DNA of 48,884 nucleotides from Mitosporidium daphniae. Taxonomy: Eukaryota. The stretch is taken from NCBI RefSeq assembly GCF_000760515.2, contig NW_013546578.1:1-48884 (forward strand), given 5' to 3'. Within the stretch, counting starts at the first letter, position 1, and each line of letters begins with the position of its first letter. Below the pieces are notes generated by a model that worked only from the letters and a program-made list of their open reading frames with translations, was not told the DNA's origin and ran no database searches. Positions 34,046 to 45,500 of the stretch are shown here, piece after piece. The translations under genes were made by a program, and so were the position numbers.

Positions 34046-34673
34046 TTAAGCTCCCTTTTTCTTGGAGACACCCATTGTTCTTCCAAAGCGTCCAGTGGTC
34101 TTGGTATGCTGTCCTCTGACACGAAGATTCCAGTGATGGCGAAGACCGCGGTGGCAGCGGATCTTCTTTAGGTAGTCCAGATCCTCACGAAGTTTGTTAT
34201 CAAGGGCGTTGGAGACGACCTGCGAGTAGCTTCCGTCTTTGATATCTTTCTGTCTGTTGAGGAACCAATCGGGGATCCCATATTGACGAGGGTTTTGGAT
34301 GATCGTTACAAGACGCTCAAGCTCTTCGTTGGATAGCTCACCAGCTCTACAGTAAATAAATTTGAGAAATTTGCCCACCTCTTATTGAGATCAACGTCGG
34401 CTTTTTTGCACACAATGTTGGAAAAGCAGCGACCAACACCCTTTATTGCGGTGATGGCATACATGACTTTTTGCTTTCCATCAACGTTGGTATTCAAAAG
34501 ACGAATGATATGTTGAAAATTGGATTTATCGGAGACGACCAAAGACTATATGGTTAGCATGAACAATATTAAAAGCACTCAATATCCAAAATTCACCAAT
34601 ACATGGCTATGTAGAAAGAGATATCAATACGATGGATGAAAAGAATGATGAGACAGGTGGTGATACTTACCAT
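34046..34673 (-). CDS. RPS18: 40S ribosomal protein uS13 (S18), 3 exons
   Basis: ATG-only first coding exon (34673-34671), 125-nt intron at 34670-34546, then [23 protein letters not shown]...[11 protein letters not shown]...[12 protein letters not shown]. Confidence 0.97.
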
Positions 34674-34728
34674 TTCAGATAAAAAATCAAAGGAAGGCTA
34701 AATGTTAAATTTGAACCCAAATTTGAAA

Positions 34729-35525
34729 TTATAAGATTTTATTATTGGCCTGCCTCATTTTTTGGATAACCGCACGTGGGTCAGCAGAGTTAAATATTGC
34801 CGAGCCAGCCACGATTACATTTGCACCGGCCTTGATGATGTCACCGACGTTTTCCAAGGTAACTCCACCGTCTACCTCAATATCGAGATGGGGCGTAATA
34901 TTTCTGATCGCCTCAATCTATCGAAAATAAGTCAAATCACAGGCTTGTTAGATAAAGACAAGTCTAAAGCGGACACATGACATTACTTTGGGAATAATGG
35001 AGGGCATGAATTTTTGGCCGCCAAACCCGGGCTCTACCGACATCACTAACACCATGTCAATTGACTGGAGATAAGGAATCACATCAGAAACAGGAGTATT
35101 CGGCTTAATTGCAATGCCGGCCTTCATTCCGGTTTGCTTGATCTCAGCGATTAGATTGAAAATGTTTTCGATTTCAGACTCCAAATGGAATGTGAAAATC
35201 GTTGCTCCGGCCGCAGCCAGGGGTTTAACCCACTATGCATAGGAATGGGCTAAAATAAAATACCATCTTCGGATCAGAAACCATCAAGTGGCAATCAAAG
35301 ATTTTGTGTTGAACTTTTTCCCTCAAACATTTAACTACAGCAGGTCCGATGGTTAAATTTGGAACAAAATGGCTATTGGGGTGGGAAAAAATACACATAC
35401 CCATCCATAATATCAACATGCAGGGCGTCAGCCCCGGCGTCAATTACTCTTTGGCAATCGGCAGCCAAATTTGCAAAATCGCTCGATAAAATCGAAGGAG
35501 CAATGATAATTGGCCCGGCGGTCAT
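34729..35525 (-). CDS. RPE1: Ribulose-phosphate 3-epimerase, 4 exons
   Basis: [70 protein letters not shown]. Confidence 0.95.
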
Positions 35526-35587
35526 CGTGTATGTAAGCGGAAAAATTTAAATTCCTTAAACTTGCAGAAATTTTAATTTTGTTAAAA

Positions 35588-36050
35588 ATGAGTATGGCCC
35601 AAAGGAAAGAAAAGCAGCGTATACCAAATGATCCACGGGGGTTGCAGTGGCTCAAGCAAGGTATGAGACTTGAGCATTATTTCAAGTGCCAAAGGAAGAT
35701 ATGGGACTAAAGCTGCTGCAGAAAATGGGCTGGAAGCAAGGAGATGCCATCGGAGACACCATGGCGACCATCCAGCCTGTGATCAAGATAAAACCGAAAG
35801 ACCTGTCAAACGGAGGTATTTTCAGGCTTATTATAACTTACATGTAGGGCTTGGGCTATCTTCCGCATCAACTTTTAAAGAATCTCTGCTTTGTATAGAC
35901 ACCTTTGACGAGATCCTCAGGAGAATGAACTCAAATCAGCCATCGCTCAATAATATCACCACAAAAAAGGAGAAAAAAAAGAAAAAGGCATCAAAAGACC
36001 GCAAAAAGAAGAAAAGCTCCGCAATGGCGCCCACAACGCTGGATAGCTAG
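35588..36050 (+). CDS. PXR1: G-patch protein Pxr1/Gno1/PinX1, 3 exons
   Basis: Spliced product MSMAQRKEKQRIPNDPRGLQW...GLKLLQKMGWKQGDAIG...GLGL...FDEILRRMN with a lysine-rich tail. Confidence 0.82.
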
Positions 36051-36166
36051 ATAGATACATAGATGAATAGGTAGCCTTCGTAAAATTAAAAGTAATTTAA
36101 ATTTTAATTCACACCTCGCAGTGTAAAGTAAACGGCTCCTTTTTTGCATTCCAATATTTCCAACTG

Positions 36167-36880
36167 ATGGCTTTGTTTGTTGGCCGAATTCCCGAGCATG
36201 TGCGTCCGAGAGACCTTGAGGATCTATTCATCAAGTATGGACGCATAAATCGCTGCGATATCAAACGAGGAGGTATTTGATGCCCATTTAATGCGTTAGG
36301 CTATGGATTTGTTGAGTTTGATGATATCCGAGACGCCGAGGATGCCCTGCGTGACGGTCGCTTTCAAATTGACGGCCACCCAATAGTTGTTGAATGGGCA
36401 AAGGGTAGTGGTCGTCGCTCCAATTCTGATGAGTGTTTCCGCTGCGGAAGAACAGGGCACTGGGCGAGAGACTGTCCGTCTGGCGGTCGTGGCTCTTCGC
36501 CGTCACGATCTTCGCGTTCTTCCAGATACAGATCCCGCTCGCGTGAAAGAAGAAGATATAGCCGCTCCCCCTCTCGCTCCTCTTCAAGATCACCACCAAG
36601 ATCTTCACGCCGCAGCAGCCGCTATCGCTCTAGATCCCGCTCACTAAGCCGCCCTCGCTACCATCGTAGTGAGCGCCGTTACCATTCTCGCTCGAGATCG
36701 GTCAGTCGTCATCGTCATGATTCCAGATCAGCCTCTCCTAGGGGAGGCTCGCCAGCTCGCTCGCCACAAAGAGAACCTGTGGATCGATCTCGCTCGAGAA
36801 GCCTCTCCCCAAGAGGAAGATCCAGAGACCGCTCGCCAATCCCCGAGCGCTCCCAATCCCCACGAGATGACCAGTTGTAA
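36167..36880 (+). CDS. SR splicing factor with RRM, CCHC zinc knuckle and RS domain (SRSF7/9G8-like)
   Basis: MALFVGRIP...[17 protein letters not shown]...VEWAKG...[15 protein letters not shown] followed by a long RS/SP tail; one 27-nt intron; not in the ORF track. Confidence 0.9.
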
Positions 36881-36986
36881 TAGTACTGCAAATGTGTTGG
36901 CAATACATGGTTCTAGGCAGCCTTATTCTGTGTAAATTCAATTATTTTAAATTTAATATTTTCAAATTTTATTTTATTTACATTGA

Positions 36987-37553
36987 ATGGTGGTGGTGCC
37001 CCCCATGTCCTCTGCGGCGTGTCCGGCCTCTTTGAGTCCATTTTCGAAGCATATGGAACACGATGGGCCCGTTGGTGGCGATACAGACGAAGCCCCAATT
37101 TCCACATTAAAGAGCCTAGTAGCAACAATAAGCTCACTCAAACAGGAAATAGAGCTTTCCGCTCCGTCTTCCAAGCTGGAGTCTCCCATTGCCGAGGCTG
37201 AGTTGGCCACATCATTGCTACAAGGCCTAGCAAAGACATTCTGCACCCTTCAATCGATTGATCTTTGTGGAAAGGGAGAAATGAGTATGCCGTCCCAAGC
37301 GAATCATGATACCAAACGTCCAAAGGCTGGCCCTTTTTCCTCGCTCGCCGCCGTTAAAGGCAAAGATTCACCGATTGATTTGTTTCAAAAGCGAGTTGAT
37401 GTATATGTTTCTAAGATAGAGAAACTATCATGTCCCCAGAAAGAAAAGAAAGATTCAAAAGGCAAATCTACCGTTGTCAATACAAAGGCTGCCAACAGAA
37501 TCGTAAAAGAGACTCTAAATTCAGCGCCAAAAACCAGAGCAGAACGGCCATAA
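36987..37553 (+). CDS. C1D/Rrp47(Lrp1)-like exosome cofactor
   Basis: SPIAEAEL...LA, SPIDLFQKRVDVYVSKI and VNTKAANRIV resemble the Sas10/C1D domain and C1D tail. Confidence 0.55.
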   Translation: MVVVPPMSSAACPASLSPFSKHMEHDGPVGGDTDEAPISTLKSLVATISSLKQEIELSAPSSKLESPIAEAELATSLLQGLAKTFCTLQSIDLCGKGEMSMPSQANHDTKRPKAGPFSSLAAVKGKDSPIDLFQKRVDVYVSKIEKLSCPQKEKKDSKGKSTVVNTKAANRIVKETLNSAPKTRAERP

Positions 37554-37746
37554 TTGACAGAATGTACCTGTAGGCTCCATGAACACAGACACATGGAAGA
37601 CCTCCCACATTTGCCTTTAAATTAAAAAACGGTCCCCTGTAAGAAAAATAAAGCAATCAACAATGGCGGCACATTCGATGAGCGTGGTATTCACGATCAA
37701 GCTGTAGGTAGGCCGGATCGATGATATCTTGGCGTTAAAACTTTAT

Positions 37747-38796
37747 TTAAAAGCGAGGGCCTCTTTTCCTAGCAGTGTATTTGGTATCTTGCGGCACATC
37801 TTCAAATCCCCGCTTTCGGCGAAGGTCCTTTTTGCGAAGGACCCATGCCTTGTCTTTGAGGTTCTTTTTTCGCCTATGCCGAATCTGCCTGAGCGGCGTG
37901 TCATCCTTTCCTTTGGGAAGCGAGGCTTGCCCCACAATCAGGACGAGAAAATATTTCTTTCTGCGGGGTGCATTTGGGAAGTCCACCACCATGCCGCCGT
38001 TGAAGCCTACCTTTAAAGCCACATTTAGGATCATTTCAATTTGGGCAGCGTTTTCTGGATAAAATTGAAACACAGCCCTCGCGCCAATTCTCAACGTAGA
38101 GTACAGCGAAGAAAATAAGCGACGTAAACGGAGTTTTGGGCTTGCCTCCCTTGTGTCGGCATTGCAAAGCCATTGAAGGGCAGATACAGAGATGGCGCCA
38201 TCAAAGGATCCGGCTCTAAAGCCAAGACCATCGCCCATGTCTCCTAAAACCAAATCACCATTCTGGTGCTGGTTATCGGACTCTTTGTCATAGCTGTCAT
38301 CGCTACAGTCACTAGCATCGCTATAATTATTTTCAGAGCCCTCACTATCAGATTCGTCATCAAGTTCCGTTCTAGTATCCTCGTTTTCGATCTCAAATTC
38401 CTGCCCTTCTTGGCTTTCGCAGTCTGCAGGCTCCTGTTCTGCTTCTTTATTAGGATGCAGCAGTCGTGATTTTGCCACGTGAAGCATCGGTACAGAAATG
38501 TCCAAACCAATCCATGCATGGTTATTTTCCCCAAGAACAGAGGCACACATTCCAGATCCAACTCCAATATCCAGTAAAAGCGAGGGGATGCATGGCTTTG
38601 GATTAAATAGAGAGCGAGGCTCGTCTTCCTCCTGGTCATTGCCATCCAACGAGGGCAAGGCTAGTAACTCGTATGCGCGAAAGGCAAGTTCTCTCTGGAT
38701 TTTGGCATATCTTGAAGACTGCGAGTACTTTTTTGCTTCAGCCTCACTATAAAAAAGCTCAGGAGGGCCCGTAAGCTCGGGTCGTTGTCCGCCCAT
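37747..38796 (-). CDS. BUD23: 18S rRNA m7G methyltransferase Bud23/WBSCR22
   Basis: RPELTGPPELFY, LLDIGVGSG, GDMGDGLGFRAGSFDGAISVSALQWLCNA, RAVFQFYPEN, KYTARKR; contains an acidic insertion. Confidence 0.96.
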   Translation of the reverse strand: MGGQRPELTGPPELFYSEAEAKKYSQSSRYAKIQRELAFRAYELLALPSLDGNDQEEDEPRSLFNPKPCIPSLLLDIGVGSGMCASVLGENNHAWIGLDISVPMLHVAKSRLLHPNKEAEQEPADCESQEGQEFEIENEDTRTELDDESDSEGSENNYSDASDCSDDSYDKESDNQHQNGDLVLGDMGDGLGFRAGSFDGAISVSALQWLCNADTREASPKLRLRRLFSSLYSTLRIGARAVFQFYPENAAQIEMILNVALKVGFNGGMVVDFPNAPRRKKYFLVLIVGQASLPKGKDDTPLRQIRHRRKKNLKDKAWVLRKKDLRRKRGFEDVPQDTKYTARKRGPRF

Positions 38797-39065
38797 GGGC
38801 TAAATAGTTCAAAATAACATATTTTTATTGCATTCAACTTGGCCGATTAATTTGCTAATTAATTCATTAATTAATCAGCGGGTTAGCTAGTTGAATATGT
38901 TAACCCTTAAAATTATGAGTGACCAAATGAAATGGACGGTCATTTATTATTGCCTCTACATATAAAAGTCCACGGTGGTGGTTCAAATTTTGACTGTTTA
39001 AATATTTTTGGCAGGAAGAGTTAGAGTAAATAAAGCGATCTCCACTGGATGGCCTATGATCGGGG

Positions 39066-40337
39066 TTAGCTCAGTGTGTTAATGTTGAGAAACGACATTG
39101 AGGTTTCGATGACATTGAAAATGGCCTTTTCATCCAGAAGCTCTTTGCTGATTTGAGATTTCTACGATTAAAAAAATTGCTAACCAGAGAGTAGGTACAT
39201 GTCGAATAAAGGGCACGCCAGGCCTCTTTGAACTGTTCTTGGGGCCCAGACTGGTCAATTCCTATCCTTTTAAGGGAAAGAACAAGGCATCGTTTGAGCT
39301 TCTAAAAGAAAAGATACCAAACATACGGCAATATTGATCTCTTTGACTTGGTCGTTGTTAGTTGGTGCATTTTGCGCGCCGCTGCGGATTTTCGGCTCTA
39401 TGGAATAAGTTAAATAAATACTTTTTCGAGTGGCGCTTGATAAAAGTCGGTGTTCTGTAATTTCAGCAAGGACACTCGCGGCTCTTGAGCGTGCACAAAG
39501 GCTAGAATACATGCCATCTATTTTGGGAACACGCCTGTCTATACAATTGTCTCCGTTTATGCAATCGTTGTTAGAAAACCCTTTAGCTAAATCCTGTTCG
39601 CAATCTTTGCGAATGACCTGATCATCTTTGTTCAAGGGCCATGGGTCACCTCTTCTTTCTAGGAAACCTGGCTCCTCAGCAAGGTAGCCGTTGAAAATTG
39701 ACCCCCCTTCATCTGGCTCCAAGAGAAAACAATGCGGTTCAACAGGCAACAAATTATAGCTACTCTTAGCAAGTACCAATATCAGCGAATTATTTTTAGA
39801 AATGTCAAGCAAAAACTGGGCATCCTCGCAGTGGGGGTGAAGGCTTCTAAAAATAAGCGAAAATGTGGCAACACTTGAATGGAGGGAGGCCTCTCGTTTC
39901 TTTTATTGCAAAGCGAGCCAATATGCAGCTCTGCTCTCCAAATAAATTCAGGCAGAACATATTGGGGCGAGCAGGACGTAATTGAAATTTCTACAAATTA
40001 TCGATACGCGCTGACCTTTACAAATGATTAGACAGAACGAGGAGGCATAGCCCAAGTATTTTTCTAATGCCCTTGAAGAAGAGGAAGAGGAAGAGGAGGA
40101 GGAGCAAGACGATGATGAGGTCGGGGATATTTTCTTGATAATTCCAAGGATGTCTTTTTCTGGAACCGAAAAGGCAGGCCAATGGAGGGGGCCCTGCCAC
40201 ATTTGACGAGGCTCGAAACCAGACTCAATCGCACTATGGGTAGTCTCTAGCGCTAAAAAGGGGCCAGATGTAAGTAAATCTTCCAGTAAAGCTAAGGGGC
40301 CATCCGTATCAGACGTAGAGTCCCTCGACGTCATCAT
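39066..40337 (-). CDS. Multi-exon hypothetical protein with a putative Sld7/MTBP C-terminal domain
   Basis: Introns at 39326-39302 and 39184-39162 give ...KEINIAKLKRCLVLSLKRIGIDQSGPQEQFKEAWRALYSTCTYSLKSQISKELLDEKAIFNVIETSMSFL; splicing between ~39900 and 40020 is unresolved. Confidence 0.5.
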
Positions 40338-40428
40338 CAGACGACTAGTTAAAAGATGGCAGTTAAACTGAACCCTAGCTTTGGGTCACAATTTACGAAA
40401 CTGTGAACATTTATTTTCGAATGCTTTT

Positions 40429-42022
40429 TCAGATGTCCGTTGACAGTTGCACACTTTTCTGCGCTGCCTCGGTTAGGTCGTCTATTGAGAAAATTTTTAG
40501 CTGACTATCGGCGATGATTTTCTTGGCCGAATCGACGTTTGTCCCTATGCGGTGTCAAAAGTTGCACTACCTTGAAGCCTCACCACCAATGGAACGTTGA
40601 TTTTGAGCGACGAGGCTGCCTTAACAATGCCCTCTGCGATGATGTCGCATCTCATAATGCCTCCGAAAATATTTACAAGAATCGAGGAAACCTAAAAAGA
40701 GAAATGGCCACTTACTCTCTTATCTGAGACCAGGATTGAAAATGCCTCTGAGACTTGTTCTACCGAAGCACTGCCGCCCACATCCAAAAAGTTGGCCGGA
40801 TCGCCGCCATGCAGCTTGATTATATCCATTGTGGCCATGGCGAGACCAGCTCCATTCACTATGGTAAGAAAAAAAAGCAGTAAGGGACATCGGGTCGACG
40901 TAGAATTGAAATTAGTGGGCGGGCATGAGGTTAGGGAAGACAATTGGGGTTGGAGGTGCATGCACTTTATGCTTTGCATGGCAAGCAGAGCATCATTGTA
41001 AGGCACGTTAATAACAAGGGCAAGCAACACATACCTAAGCAGCCGATGGATCCATCAAGACCAATGTAGTTCAATTTCGCCTTGGAGGCCAGTACTTCTC
41101 GCGGATCCTCCTGTTCCGGATCTCTCATGAGAAAAAGCTCCTGCTGGCGGAAATCTGCATTTTCGTCAATGTTTATCTTGGCATCGAGACAGATTAAACG
41201 GGGCTCCGTGGGCGACGCAATCTCGGAAAGGGGATTAATTTCGACAAGAGAGGCATCCTTCTCAATAAAAAGCTGGTACAGCCGAAGAATGGTGCCTCCG
41301 ACAAGCTAAATAGTTAGAAGAAATAACGGAGACGTCTAAATAACGGCCGGTAAAGCCCATTTTTGCGCCGAAGGTTTTCGCCTCGTCAAGGGAGAGTCCT
41401 AAGGGCAGATCGGCATCACCATACCTTTGGAGATATCAATAGGATATGTATGAATGGCTTCTGGACTTTGAGCCGCAACCTTCTCAATGTCCATGCCGCC
41501 TTGTGGAGAGCCGACCAGCATTGGTCCTTTGCAGTTTCGATCATAAAGTATGGCGAGGTAATACTCTTTGGAGGGAGAAAGAGCCTCGCAAATGAAAACC
41601 TTTGAGCACGGACGGCCTGCTGCCCCCGTTTGCTTAGTGACAAGGGTTGAGCCAATCATTTTAGACGTTTTTCCATATGCCTCCTGGGCGTCTGCAGCAA
41701 ACTGGATCCCACCACCGGGAAGGTTGGCCTTGCCGATCCAAGAGCCTTTACCACGTCCGCCAGCCAATACTTGGGCCTTGAGCATACACCCTAAATTGTG
41801 ATGTTCGGACCGCGTAGGGGAACCTTTTTTTGTGGCATGCATCTCCCAAAGCGACTTTGCATCGTTTGGATCTGTACAAAGCGATCCTCTGGCATGATCA
41901 ATCTTGTACTTTTCAAAAAGTGACATCGACTGGTATTCATGCAGCGAGAGGTAGCGTCTTTGCATCAATGCCGAGCATGATGGCAACGATGTGGGGCGAT
42001 AGAGACGTGTAATGAGCATCAT
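40429..42022 (-). CDS. LSC2: Succinyl-CoA ligase beta subunit, mitochondrial, multi-exon
   Basis: [99 protein letters not shown]; 176-nt intron at 41034-40859. Confidence 0.95.
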
Positions 42023-42543
42023 CGGTACAAAAAGTAAATTGCTGCAACGTTGAATTGCTGCGCTATTAACATTTATTGTGGTGCCATTTAGCAAGTTTGC
42101 TACCAATTTTATTTTACCCGCTTGGGCCAATTGTTCCATCGCAGCTACAACTTTAGCGATGCAATTGGCGGTATTGAGATTCTGCTACGAACAGAATCTT
42201 GGATGCATTGGACAGACAGACAGCCCTATTCCGGTTTTGTATGGAGGCTCTTTTGGGGCCCATAACCCTGGTGGTATTTTAATGCCAACCTAGACCGAGA
42301 GGCTTATATTTAACCCTAACCAAGTACAATGTGCTTGACAAAAACTTTTAAATTGCGGCAATCAATGGGGTTAGGGTTATAGGATGGAGGAATTCGATGT
42401 GTTACAGCTACTCTTTAGATTATAAAAATTTAATCAAAAAGACCAGACCATGCGTTGATGCATTCGTAGCCAACTTGAGGGGGCTTAGTCCGATGAAAGA
42501 ATGCAGGGACTGTCTTGCATACCGATGGATGCAAGTGACGAGA

Positions 42544-45500
42544 CTAGCTAACAGTTATCGCGGACAGCTTATCATTTCGCTTCTTTTTACGATGAAAAAG
42601 AGAGATAATCATCGGAGTGATCAGGGAATCCAAGAAAATCGACAATGCCACGTCTAGGACGATCAGCCCGGAAATCACGCCAATGCGAAAGACGGAAGGA
42701 AGATCAACGGTGCCAAACAGTGTCGACATCAGACTGGTCTCGCAAGAGAGCAGTATCGAAAAATTACAAACAATCAAAGCAAGGATCAATCCAACCATCA
42801 GGAAGTTTGCATAAACTGGCTCCTGGAAAGGCGGCCAGGTCCCGAAAATCAAGGCCATCAAAAGATATTGAAAGTTTGAGAACAAAAAAATAGACGAGTT
42901 CAGCATATTGCCTTCAAATGCACTGAGATCATCACTGGCACAAACGGACAGGATTTGAGCGTGCGGTGGGAAAATGCGTACGGAAATCGCGTACAGCAGA
43001 AAAAGCAGCAAAATCTGGAGAACTATTTGAACAAGCATGGCTACCAAGACACTCGGATCGACCAGGCGGCCCGGCAGGCGGCCAGACGAAAGTCCCCCCG
43101 ATCCAGGACGCATTCTGGCTATCGCAGTAGCCAGCGGTAAGATTACAAAAAGATCTTGCCAAATGAACTGCCCATCAGAGAGATTCATTCCCCACGTGTA
43201 AAGGAGCGAAACAACCGTAAACTGGATCATCGAATACAGGGCCATGAACCGGAAACAGGCAAACGAGACCCCAAGCGAGCCGCGACCCTCAATCAGCACA
43301 TCGAGTACGCAGCGCGGATCATCGCCTGTTGAGCAAAACGGGGCCACTAGCGAGTCTGTGGATGTAGACAAGGAAATGCCCACGTCGGCCACTTGGAGCG
43401 CAGCTACATCGTTGGCCCCATCCCCACAAAAGGCAACCACGGCCCCGGTAGCAGTCATACTCTCCACCAACAGCCGCTTGTCATCTGGAGATAGACGGGC
43501 AAAAACACGGACCGGGCCATCGATAAGAGAGAGCGACGGATCGCTGTCAATAGCCTTCAAATAAGCCGCAAGAGCATCTCCCCCGGAAACAACGGGAACA
43601 TAGCCCGGCGGTACGGGAAGAAGCATAGAGGAGAATCCAGAGCCTTTTGATACGCACCCAAAGCTATCGTCATTAACGGGACGTATTGCCTCGTTTCGTT
43701 CGTTCACCCAAAAACCAGAGCCGCTGAGAACGGCAACCGGTCTAGACCTAGCGTCGATGACTCCATCATTATGGTCATCATCCGAGGCAATGATTCCGAC
43801 CTGCTGAGCTACAGCAGCTGCCGTAACGGCATGGTCGCCTGTGGCCATTCCCACAGCCAATCCAGCCTTTGTCAGTCTAGCAATGGTTTCCCAAGAGCCT
43901 CGTTTAACGGAGTTCACAAGCACCACAGCGCCAAGAAAGCGAAGCTGGCCCTTTGGTTCTTCAGCCTGTGCTCGAGTAAGCCTCTGCGCAGCAACCCAAG
44001 AAGACGAGGAGAGGGGCAACATGCCTCCCGCAAATAGAATAACGCGATAGCCCCGACGTGTCCATGCGGGAAGCGTGGTCTCCAGGAAGGATTCTGGGAC
44101 ACTTGTAGGGTCGCAAAGAGCGAGAAGAGATTCTGGGGCCCCTTTGACAAAAACTTGAAGAGACGACGACGGGGCATGAGACTGTTCAGAAGAATGAGCA
44201 GAATTAGCATTCGGTGATATGCGCTTTACAATAACCGTGGTGCGTCGCAAAAGTGGGCAAAAAGGCCAGGCTCTAACAACAGCTAGACGAACCTGATCGC
44301 CAGGCGATGGTAGTTTTGAGGGGTTTCCACTAGTGACGACAATCTGAGCCAGACCGTGGGTATTGTATTCCATATTCCAACCGCTCCACGTAAAGAGGGT
44401 AACGTCAAGAGGATCCCCAACAAGATTCCCACCGAGCATTCGTAGTGTGTGGCATGTAGCCAAGGCACCTCTGATGCGTGAAGAAGACGGCGAAGAGCCA
44501 ACCTGCATAAGCCTAACCACTCCAGAGTGGTTTGAGGAATTCTTTGCTTCAGAAACCCAAAGGACATCAAGAGAATCTTCTGTGAGAGTGCCTGTTTTGT
44601 CAAAAAGCACCATTTGGACCCTACCTGCAACGTTTATGGGGGATCCAATGGTATTCCCACTGCCTCCAGAATTCATAACGCCTGCAGTACAAATGATGCC
44701 GCGTTGTGCAAGTCTACGAATGGCAAATCCAGTGCCCAGCGCCAGCGATGCTGGCAGAGCTGGGGGTAATACAACCGTTATAAGATCACCAGCACGAACA
44801 AGCAAGGCAACCAAGGAATTGGAAGGCAGCAAAGCAACTGTTGTAACAAAGCCGATGATAGAAATAGCACCAAGAACGCCCATAAATATGAGGGCATCTA
44901 TATGAAGCTGGTCAACAGAGGGCAATGGGGGCGGATAGCGCATCGCCTTGAGCATACGACCGCGCAGGGATATCGAACCAGTAGCTGTGGCTCGCATCAT
45001 GGCCCCACCGGTAGCCTCCAGCAGTCTAGTCCCACCATATACGAGTGAAGCTCTGTCAATATTTCCTTGCTGCAGTCGTTTGAGTGATGGGGATGAATTT
45101 TCTATCATTTCAAAGCCATCATGGCCATGTAGATTGGCCGTGGTTTTGGTGATCGGTATGGACTCACCAGTAAGAAAAGATTCATCAACAAGAGCCTCTC
45201 CCCTTACTAAAATCCCATCGCATGGGAGAGTTTGAATGGGATACTCGCCATGACCATGATGATCAAGGATAATAAGATCTCCAGGAACAATCATCGAAGC
45301 AGGGATTAAAACCGGACCCATTATTGACCCTTGCCTTTGGTCATCACCTCTGATTATGAAAATGGATGGAGGAATTCCAGAATCGTTGGCCAATTTTGAT
45401 AATGATGCCATTGAGGATAATGTCGTTCGAATGGAAAGGATAATAGAAACAGCTGTAATAAATGCGATCGCACAAGCATAGGCCCAATAATTCTCCAAAC

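Noticed and set aside
34663..34673. ATACTTACC resembling the U1 snRNA 5' end
   Set aside because: It is simply the reverse complement of the RPS18 5' splice site (ATG/GTAAGTAT)
33479..41034. TPP riboswitch in the long SDR, RPS18 or LSC2 introns
   Set aside because: No CTGAGA or TGAT...AATACCAGCG aptamer core, and the hosts are not thiamine genes
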